Below are positions 56,788-64,000 of a stretch of 64,000 bases of DNA, piece by piece. The stretch lies in assembly GCA_965228855.1 (NCBI GenBank), contig CBDDIJ010000003.1, forward strand, positions 2,304,001 through 2,368,000, written 5' to 3'. The DNA comes from Candidatus Obscuribacterales bacterium. Lineage in GTDB: Bacteria; Cyanobacteriota; Vampirovibrionia; Obscuribacterales; Obscuribacteraceae. The notes below the pieces were generated by a model, which saw only the letters and a program-made list of their open reading frames with translations, did not search any database and was not told where the DNA came from. Every line of letters starts with the position of its first letter. The first letter of the stretch is position 1. The position numbers and the translations under genes are program-made.

Positions 56788-57987
56788 TTACGGCTGGAAC
56801 ACTAGCTTCATTTCAGCGCCGTTGTTCAACTGCTCAAACGCAGATGCGTAATCGTCGAGCTTGTAGGTTTTAGACGCGAGTATTTGATCGAGCTTCGATT
56901 GCAGGTCCAGATGCGGTGCTTGAAGCAGGCGCAACATCGTTTCCCAGGTGTCAAACATTTTACGACCGAAGATTCCCTTGACCGTAACACCTTTCCATAT
57001 GACACCATTGGCGATATCAAAATCAGTCAATGGCTTTCGGGTAATTCCAAGAAGGAGTACAGTCCCGCCGTTTCTAACAATGCGGAAAGCATCGCGATAC
57101 GCCGTCGGAGAGCCGGACATTTCGAGAACGACATCGACACCATTTGCCATGCTCTCGTTTTTCTCTACTGCATCATAAAGAGCTTGTGAGCCGTTTAAAA
57201 CGTCAAAACATTGCTCTGCACCAAACTGCTCTCCAAGAGCGAACCTGCGCTCGGTATCAGCAGCTTCCGTAAGATAGATGCGAGCCGCTCCGAATTCGCG
57301 ACAGAGAAACGTCGCCATCAGACCCAGCGGACCAGCGCCGAGAATGGCCACGGATTTACCGCGCACATCCGCCTCGTAAACGGTGTGGACAGCATTACCG
57401 AAAGCATCAAGCATCGCCCCGATACGAGGCGGAACAATCGACTGGTCCCCATTTTTCCCAAGGAGAATGACATTCTTATACGGGACACAAACATATTGAG
57501 CGAAACATCCGTCAAGGTGCACGCCTTTCACCTTCACGCGGGTGCAGATGTGTTCATTTCCCGTCCGGCAAAGAGTACAGTGTCCGCAAGACAGGTGCAT
57601 CTCGGCGGTCACGTAGTCGCCAGGCTGGACAAGTAAACTGTCCGGCACGCCTGGGAAACGGTCGGCGCCCACGCCCTCACCGACAGCATCAATAACGCCA
57701 CAGAACTCGTGTCCGACAATTATTGGCTGGTAACCGCCCTCACCCAAGTAGCGCTGCATTTCGAGCCGAATCCCCTCGGATTTGGAACTCTGATAGATGC
57801 TTTTGTCGGTCCCGCAAACAGCCGTGGACAATACTTTGATTCTGACTTCGTCGGAACGAACTTCAGGAATCGCCATGTCTTCCTTCAGCGAAAGACCATC
57901 CTTATCTAGACTCTCCTTTACCAGGCATCTCATACCTTTCGTCTTAGACTCCTTTATTGATGATTCCTGGGCTGCTGTGTTTTGCAT
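56788..57987 (-). CDS. tdh: L-threonine 3-dehydrogenase (Zn-dependent)
   Basis: CGTD, GHEFCG, CGHCTLCRTGNEHIC, GNAVH, GAGPLG, LEMSG, GRKMFDTW; start ATG 57987 with GGAGG RBS. Confidence 0.88.
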   Translation of the reverse strand: MQNTAAQESSIKESKTKGMRCLVKESLDKDGLSLKEDMAIPEVRSDEVRIKVLSTAVCGTDKSIYQSSKSEGIRLEMQRYLGEGGYQPIIVGHEFCGVIDAVGEGVGADRFPGVPDSLLVQPGDYVTAEMHLSCGHCTLCRTGNEHICTRVKVKGVHLDGCFAQYVCVPYKNVILLGKNGDQSIVPPRIGAMLDAFGNAVHTVYEADVRGKSVAILGAGPLGLMATFLCREFGAARIYLTEAADTERRFALGEQFGAEQCFDVLNGSQALYDAVEKNESMANGVDVVLEMSGSPTAYRDAFRIVRNGGTVLLLGITRKPLTDFDIANGVIWKGVTVKGIFGRKMFDTWETMLRLLQAPHLDLQSKLDQILASKTYKLDDYASAFEQLNNGAEMKLVFQP

Positions 57988-58367
57988 CCCGCCCTCCGAC
58001 TTCACATAGACTGCGCGGCGCTCGTCAGCGCTCACGACATCGCTAAAGTCTAACAAGAGTGTGGCTTCACAACGTGAGATTAGACCAAGCTAAAAGCGTC
58101 GATGTCTGTTTCTCGTCACGAAACGCAACGACCTAATTTACGATTGAAGTGAATAGTTTTTCCGAAAGCGAAAACGCTGTACGTACACGGCTTTTGGAGG
58201 AAACACCAGCGCCGCCTGGAGGCAAAACATATACGCAATATCGCCAGAGACTATGCAGGCTTAGCGTTTGTTTAGTTGCCAAGCTGAGTCCCCGATTTTA
58301 AATTGGTAGACGTCTCAACAATTTCTTTATTTTTTCGAACCGTCCTCCATCCTCAGCGAGAAACCAT

Positions 58368-58679
58368 ATGAACTTCGATCCTTCACTCCCCAATCCACAG
58401 AACCTCCAACCACGCAGCGGCGATCCAGGAATAATTTCGATGGCTGAGGCGCTAATTGTTCGAATGATTGTGATGGGAAGCGGTGGTCCTGAGAACGCCG
58501 AGATCACAGAACAAGGTCTGCGATTCGTACGCCATCTTATGGCAAACTCGCGAGCATGCCGCTCGGGTTTCATTCCAAATTTCAAGAACATCGACTGCGT
58601 TCGGGAAGTGGCAAAAGACTTCATACGCCAATGCGGCTCCGCATCGCGCGCACTCCAAACTATGTATCAAGTGATTTAG
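58368..58679 (+). CDS. Small hypothetical protein
   Basis: 103-aa ORF converging on the kinase gene; no motif recognised. Confidence 0.4.
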   Translation: MNFDPSLPNPQNLQPRSGDPGIISMAEALIVRMIVMGSGGPENAEITEQGLRFVRHLMANSRACRSGFIPNFKNIDCVREVAKDFIRQCGSASRALQTMYQVI

Positions 58680-60157
58680 ACCTGTAAACGCTCCAGATCT
58701 TCGCGAACTTCATCCGCTGAGTAGTATCGGTGCTCGGTATCAAATTCAGTGGCACGCGCAACGATGGCGTTCATCTCCGGACTGATTTCCGGCATCACAC
58801 TTCGTGGGTTGGATTGCTGCATGGGCTCAGGATCTCTTGCAGTCAGCATGTAGTACATCGTGCAACCGAGCGCGTAAATGTCGCTCAACGGCGATGGATT
58901 TCCGCGGAATTGCTCCGGTGGAGTGTAGGCTTGCTTGCCCACGACCGTAGATGTTCTCGACGATTGAAACTGCAAAGCAACTGTAAAATCAATCAGAAAA
59001 ATTCGTCCATCACCGTCAACTAGAAGATTGTCCGGTGTCAGATCCCGGTGGACGATCGATGGTCTAAAGCTATGAAGATAGGCGAGTATGCTGCAGATGG
59101 TGAGCGAAACTTCGCGAACCAGCGCCTCGTTCAACGGTCCGTTCTTCTCAACCAATGCTTTGAGAGATTCACCATTCACCCAGTCTAAAACCAGATAGGC
59201 TCGATGGTCTTCAACAAAACAATCGAGCATATTAACAATCGACGGATGATTGATGTGACCGAGGATTTGCGACTCATTGTTTAAGGTCTCATACTGCTTA
59301 TCTGCGAGCGCAGAGCCCCGATGTACTGGAAGAACATATTCTTTTAAAACGACGAAAACTTCGGCATCTTCATCGAAGTGAGATCCGTAGATATATTCAC
59401 GGTTCCTTGTTGTAGCAAGGTAGACTGTCCCCTGTCCACCGCCGCCAAGTCGCTTTAAAACCCTGTATTTGCCTTCGTTCAATTCAGTGCCGTTGGGCAA
59501 TGCGCCACGGCGCTGGCGGGTGTCGGGCGATGAGAAGTACTGCAACCACAAGTTTGTGTATCTTGAATCATCGGCACCAATGGCGATATCACGAGGTGCG
59601 AAGTTGACCATCGCGTTAGGCGCGTTCGTTTTCAATTCAATAAAAAAGGATTCGGGTTCTACCCAGGCGAATGCATTCTCCCATTTTATTCGGTACGTTT
59701 TAAGCGTTCGGGTAGCCATATAAACCGACGTTTTACCGTTAGGTTCGTCGACAATTTCCAGAGCTTCTACGTCCCACCAGGGCACCACAATCGGAGGATT
59801 GGCGCCACCAATTTTCTTGTGGCCCAAACTGATGCCTGTTCCGTCGATTTTGATTATTTTGATCTCGGTTTGCTCAGACATTCGACGCCAGGACATGATC
59901 AACCCGAGGAGGACCACGAGACCGCTGTAGATCATCAGCGGAATGCCGTAATTAAATGCACTTACGACTTCCTTGCCCAGCGGCGTCTTGTCGCCAATGA
60001 TTTGCATTCCGGCAAACAACGCACCGAAAGTCAGAATCAGGAAAACGACCATCTGCCACTGCTCACGGTGCGCATTCACATCGCTCATCCGAGTGGTGAT
60101 CCGCCGCCCTTGTGTTGTTATGAACTCGAGTTTGCGTGGCTCTGTCGTTTTCATCAC
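58676..60157 (-). CDS. Hanks-type Ser/Thr protein kinase with an N-terminal 2-TM anchor
   Basis: GGGGQGTV, VLKE, HRDLTPDN, DFT, YTPPEQ, SDIYALG. Confidence 0.9.
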   Translation of the reverse strand: MMKTTEPRKLEFITTQGRRITTRMSDVNAHREQWQMVVFLILTFGALFAGMQIIGDKTPLGKEVVSAFNYGIPLMIYSGLVVLLGLIMSWRRMSEQTEIKIIKIDGTGISLGHKKIGGANPPIVVPWWDVEALEIVDEPNGKTSVYMATRTLKTYRIKWENAFAWVEPESFFIELKTNAPNAMVNFAPRDIAIGADDSRYTNLWLQYFSSPDTRQRRGALPNGTELNEGKYRVLKRLGGGGQGTVYLATTRNREYIYGSHFDEDAEVFVVLKEYVLPVHRGSALADKQYETLNNESQILGHINHPSIVNMLDCFVEDHRAYLVLDWVNGESLKALVEKNGPLNEALVREVSLTICSILAYLHSFRPSIVHRDLTPDNLLVDGDGRIFLIDFTVALQFQSSRTSTVVGKQAYTPPEQFRGNPSPLSDIYALGCTMYYMLTARDPEPMQQSNPRSVMPEISPEMNAIVARATEFDTEHRYYSADEVREDLERLQV

Positions 60158-61674
60158 GATAGATCCTTACGAATTTGCTTGACTCGCGCACGCAAAGAAC
60201 CTGCATCGGGCAATCTTCCGTCAGGGTCCAACTTCGTACACTCTCGAATGAGCGCGTCAATCGATCGCGAACAGTTCACTCCGGCGGCGTGTGGACTACT
60301 TTCCGAAAACGGCGACGGATCTTGACCCACCAGCAGAAAGAAAAGGGTGCATCCGAACGCATAAATGTCACTCCTTAAATTGCTCTTGCCTCTAAACTGT
60401 TCGAGCGGTATGTATGCGTTTTTTCCTATAACCGTTCCTGTAGCCGTACCGAGAAAGTCGTTAGCGGCGCCGAAATCCACAATCGTAATGCTACCGTCTC
60501 GACTGACAATCATATTGTCCGGAGTCAAATCGCGATGCACTATAGGTGGTGTCAAAGAATGCAAGTAAAACATCGCCTCGGCAATCTCGTCGGCCCAGAC
60601 GGAAACGGTCTTCTCGTTCTGCGCGCCGAACTCGTTGACAAACGTCCTTAGATTTCGCCCTTCGATATACTCGAGAACAAGGTAGTGGCGCTGGTCTTCA
60701 ACGAAATAGTCGTATACAGACGCGATACTGGGATGGTCGATCCGCGCAAGGAGCTGCGCTTCGCGCTCGAATAACTCTAAGCATTTACTGCGCGTCCGAT
60801 CGTCAGCGGATTCGGGCAAGACGGCTTCCTTGAGGACCACTGTTGTTTTACCATCACGCTCGGCAAGGTACACAGCCGACAGGCCGCCAAAGGCCACTTG
60901 TCCAACGATTCGCAATCGACCTTCGTTTAACTTATCACCAGACTCGTGAGGGACAAATGCAGTAGAGCTAAACCGCATCCCAAGCTCCTGCTGCCAAAGT
61001 TCCGTAAAACTGAGCGCATTCGTCGCTCTTCCTCGCGAGACTATCGACGAAGATAGTTGACCAAGCTCGGGTCGGATGCGAACCTTCGGGCAGTATGTGT
61101 TTATGACGAGCAAGAGGCGCTCCAGATCAGTTCGGTTAAAACCGTCGATCGCGAAAGTGGCCGATGAGTTACCGTGAAAGCTGAAAACGATGGAGACCGG
61201 GTCCCAGCTAGGCAAGCCGTCACGCATGAAGGCGATCTCGCGAAGCTCCGACCAGTGACGATCGAGTTGTCCATTCATCGAGAGGAAAAACAAAAGTGGC
61301 AAGGAAATACCGCTATAGTCGGCTTTCAACGCAGTATTTCGAGTGACGAGCGAGGCTGTTATCCAGATGAGACCAAGCCCGCCTATCATCACAAAGAGAA
61401 GAACGATTGTTTGTTTCGCAAAGAGCATTAAAACAAAAACCGCAATCAGCAGAATCAACGGTATCGCAGTCAAACCGAACGTCTCAGGTAGGCTAGTGAA
61501 CAAAGAAAGAACAAAACTTACCGGAGTCTGTTCCACGTAATGAGAGTAAGGAATTACATGTTGGACGCCGGCAAACTCTTTCACGAGCGCCAGTTCATGA
61601 TCGTCGATTTCGGCTTCGCTAAGAGGTTGGGATTCAGACGTCATGACAGTCGGTTTAAACAAAGCGTCATTCAA
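60154..61674 (-). CDS. Hanks-type Ser/Thr protein kinase with an N-terminal 2-TM anchor (paralog)
   Basis: FGGLSAV, VLKE, HRDLTPDN, DFG, YIPLEQ, SDIYAFG; stop overlaps the next start. Confidence 0.9.
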   Translation of the reverse strand: MNDALFKPTVMTSESQPLSEAEIDDHELALVKEFAGVQHVIPYSHYVEQTPVSFVLSLFTSLPETFGLTAIPLILLIAVFVLMLFAKQTIVLLFVMIGGLGLIWITASLVTRNTALKADYSGISLPLLFFLSMNGQLDRHWSELREIAFMRDGLPSWDPVSIVFSFHGNSSATFAIDGFNRTDLERLLLVINTYCPKVRIRPELGQLSSSIVSRGRATNALSFTELWQQELGMRFSSTAFVPHESGDKLNEGRLRIVGQVAFGGLSAVYLAERDGKTTVVLKEAVLPESADDRTRSKCLELFEREAQLLARIDHPSIASVYDYFVEDQRHYLVLEYIEGRNLRTFVNEFGAQNEKTVSVWADEIAEAMFYLHSLTPPIVHRDLTPDNMIVSRDGSITIVDFGAANDFLGTATGTVIGKNAYIPLEQFRGKSNLRSDIYAFGCTLFFLLVGQDPSPFSESSPHAAGVNCSRSIDALIRECTKLDPDGRLPDAGSLRARVKQIRKDLS

Positions 61675-61772
61675 ATATTACAAGTTTGATCACATTGTAT
61701 TTACTGTTCCCACCCCGGTACAAAGTCTCTGCAATGAGGCATATAAATATTGTTGAGCCCGGAAAAGTTACT

Positions 61773-63269
61773 ATGCAAAAAAGACGAAATAGGGCCGTGG
61801 GCAGCGCTCAGATCTCCGAATTCTCCGTCGCCTTGACGGTATTCATGCTCGTGCTGCTGTTGCCATTAATCAACCTTATCAGCTTATCCACTGCTTACGC
61901 GACTGGATTTCTCGCGGCCAAATACGCTGCATCGAGGGCGGGGGATTCTCTCAATTACGCAGAAGCAATTATGGCAGCGGCTGAGGCATCCCGGGACATT
62001 TCGTCTTCAGGTCTCGGAAAATTTGCTGCGCTCAGACCGGTCGGAGGCTACGACAACTCAGGCATGAATCTGTTTCTGACGGATACGAATATCGCAAGCA
62101 ATGTCAACGTGACACACGGCCCGAACACACCGGCCGTATCGGCGCTCGATACCGACCATTACTTGTATTCCTACGATACCGTCCTTACTTACGACGTAGG
62201 TCCGTTTCTAAACCTCAGCTCGATTCCGATCGTAAGCGATGTTCCGGCTCTGGGGAAACCTGTTCGCATGAGGTTTTCCGCGAATAAAGCCGTCGAGCAT
62301 CTAGATGGCATCATCGCGGCTGGAGGAGGCTACATAACAACTTCCAGCATAACCGGCACGACGTCGAACTCCACTGTTCTTGGTCCGACGATTTACTCAG
62401 CGACCTCGTCCAACAGCGCAGGCTCGAATTCCGCAAATTCCAACACCATCGCCTCCGCGTCGTCATCGTCCGCATCAAACGACACCGGAATTTCTACGCC
62501 GGCAGCGACTCCTCGGCGCCCATGGCAAATGGCTTCCACAAACGGTGTCGACCGCTGGATTCCCAATGTAGTAAGTTCATTCCATGTTCAACTCACTGGT
62601 GAAGTAGATTTTGACTCCGGTGCAGATGTATTCGACACTGATTTGTTTGAAACCACAGCTCAAGACGTTCAAAAGATCCACGACAACGGCGGTTATGCAA
62701 TCGCGTATTTCAACGGTGGTGCGTGGCAGCCGGGAATGCCGGATTCAGGGGATTATCCTGATTCTGTAATCGGGAAAACGCCGATGAATGGCTGGCCGCA
62801 GGAACGCTGGCTCGACATCAGACAAATTGAGGTGCTCCGCCCTCTCATCGCAGCCAAAATCGCGGTAGCAAAATCAAAAGGTTTCGACGCCGTAGACCCG
62901 GACAATATGGACGGTTATACGAATAAGGAAACTGCTGAATTTCACCTCACCAAGGCCGATCAAGTCGCATTTGCCAAAATGGTTGCCGAAGAAGCGCATA
63001 AGCAAGGCTTAGCCGTGTTCTTGAAGAACGGCGGTGACATGATGAACGACCTGGTCAATGACTTCGATGGCACCGTAGCGGAAGAAGCCTACAAATATAG
63101 AGAAGCCGAAATCTATCAGCCAATGCGAGACGCAGGCAAACCAGTATTCTTGATTGAGTACAAGAAACCAAAGAAGAAAGAAATTCAAGATGCAATAAGC
63201 CGCGGATACAATGTCGTCCAGGCGAAAAAGGCGCTTAAGAAGACACCAAAGATGGTGACTCCTATCTGA
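61773..63269 (+). CDS. TadE-like pseudopilin N-terminus fused to a GH114 endo-alpha-1,4-polygalactosaminidase-like domain
   Basis: Basic leader KRRNRAVG/SAQISEF plus hydrophobic helix; Ser/Thr linker; FHVQL, DLFET, GWPQERWLDIR, GFDAVDPDNMDGY, LKN, KPVFLIEY. Start uncertain (61686, 61734 or 61773). Confidence 0.8.
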   Translation: MQKRRNRAVGSAQISEFSVALTVFMLVLLLPLINLISLSTAYATGFLAAKYAASRAGDSLNYAEAIMAAAEASRDISSSGLGKFAALRPVGGYDNSGMNLFLTDTNIASNVNVTHGPNTPAVSALDTDHYLYSYDTVLTYDVGPFLNLSSIPIVSDVPALGKPVRMRFSANKAVEHLDGIIAAGGGYITTSSITGTTSNSTVLGPTIYSATSSNSAGSNSANSNTIASASSSSASNDTGISTPAATPRRPWQMASTNGVDRWIPNVVSSFHVQLTGEVDFDSGADVFDTDLFETTAQDVQKIHDNGGYAIAYFNGGAWQPGMPDSGDYPDSVIGKTPMNGWPQERWLDIRQIEVLRPLIAAKIAVAKSKGFDAVDPDNMDGYTNKETAEFHLTKADQVAFAKMVAEEAHKQGLAVFLKNGGDMMNDLVNDFDGTVAEEAYKYREAEIYQPMRDAGKPVFLIEYKKPKKKEIQDAISRGYNVVQAKKALKKTPKMVTPI

Positions 63270-63322
63270 GCCTGCAACGGATCAAAACTCAGCGCCTTGC
63301 ACGATTGTTTACGCATCATGAG

Positions 63323-63359
63323 AAAAACGGCGTCGTCCGTTACGCGGAAGACACCGTTT
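63323..63359 (-). terminator. Probable intrinsic terminator for fabI (possibly bidirectional)
   Basis: Minus strand AAACGGTGTCTTCCG-cgtaa-CGGACGACGCCGTTT, with a 5-T run at the 3' end; lies between convergent genes. Confidence 0.55.
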
Positions 63360-63379
63360 AGACCTGCTCTTGCGATTGA

Positions 63380-64000
63380 CTACATGCCGAGAATGCTGTA
63401 TCCGCAATCCACGTGAATTACTTCTCCGGTGACACCGGATGCAAGGTCACTCAATAAGTACAGAACAGATTTTGCAACTTCGTCTTGTTGCACATTTCTG
63501 CGCAGAGGTGCCTTTGATTCCACGAGCTTCAACATCTCGCCGAAACCGGAAATTCCTTTTGCGGCAAGTGTCTTTACCGGACCGGCAGAGACAGCATTGA
63601 CACGGACCTTATCCTGACCGAGATCAGCGGCCAGGTATTGAACACTGGCTTCCAGAGCCGCTTTAGCGACTCCCATCACGTTGTAGTTCGGAACGACTTT
63701 TTCAGCACCGTAATAGGTGAGCGTGACAATCGACCCACCGTTTTTCATCAAAGGCAACGCGCGACGGGTAACCGCTGTCAATGTGTAGGCGCTGACATCA
63801 AGAGCCAGTTTAAAGCCATCACGGGAAGTATCGACGAAGCGACCTTCGAGGTCTTCTCTGTTTGCAAAAGCGACGGCGTGAACAACGAAGTCGATAGTTT
63901 CCCACTTCTCTGCGAGCTTAGAAAATGATTTGTCGATCTGTTCATCGTTGCCGAGATCGCACATATCTACGAAAGGCGAGTTGACGCTTTCTGCAAGCGG
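63380..64000 (-). CDS. fabI: Enoyl-ACP reductase (5' partial)
   Basis: LTYYGAEKVVPNYNVMGVAKAALEAS, VNAVSAGPVKTLAA, TGEVIHVDCG. Confidence 0.95.
   Translation of the reverse strand, partial: PLAESVNSPFVDMCDLGNDEQIDKSFSKLAEKWETIDFVVHAVAFANREDLEGRFVDTSRDGFKLALDVSAYTLTAVTRRALPLMKNGGSIVTLTYYGAEKVVPNYNVMGVAKAALEASVQYLAADLGQDKVRVNAVSAGPVKTLAAKGISGFGEMLKLVESKAPLRRNVQQDEVAKSVLYLLSDLASGVTGEVIHVDCGYSILGM

Noticed and set aside
58057..58367. Possible riboswitch or ncRNA upstream of tdh-kbl
   Set aside because: Only short weak hairpins are seen, with no glycine-riboswitch or T-box consensus recognisable by eye; an Rfam scan would be needed.

Overview
Gene-dense bacterial chromosomal segment (about 50% GC by eye). 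I found no rRNA, tRNA, CRISPR array or mobile element. A cyanobacterial-type IspH, a cyanobacterial-type RRM protein, membrane-anchored Ser/Thr kinases, PAS histidine kinases and TadE-like proteins suggest a non-photosynthetic cyanobacterial relative (Vampirovibrionia/Melainabacteria, Obscuribacterales-like); this is inference only. Housekeeping genes: ppx, hemY/hemG, hemE, ispH, PCD/phhB, an HtrA protease, kbl-tdh and a partial fabI. Four things stand out. (1) A roughly 16 kb divergent cluster (1.7-18.1 kb) that looks like an uncharacterised lipid or acyl-amide pathway. It contains a GH3 acyl-amido synthetase, a Cys-nucleophile alpha/beta hydrolase, an enolase-superfamily enzyme with a Lys-to-Arg change, three SDRs, an Mpo1/DUF962 protein, two His-motif membrane paralogs, two GT-C-like paralogs, an atypical heme-oxygenase-like diiron enzyme, an ICMT-type methyltransferase and a START protein. 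(2) A translationally coupled histidine-kinase pair with complementary defects: one lacks the phospho-His and the other lacks the ATP-binding motifs. (3) Two very large disordered proteins separated by an (AAC)17 microsatellite; the second carries about 13 KWGDLDSI-like motifs. (4) A TadE-pseudopilin/GH114 glycosidase fusion. All product calls come from motif recognition by eye, not database searches.
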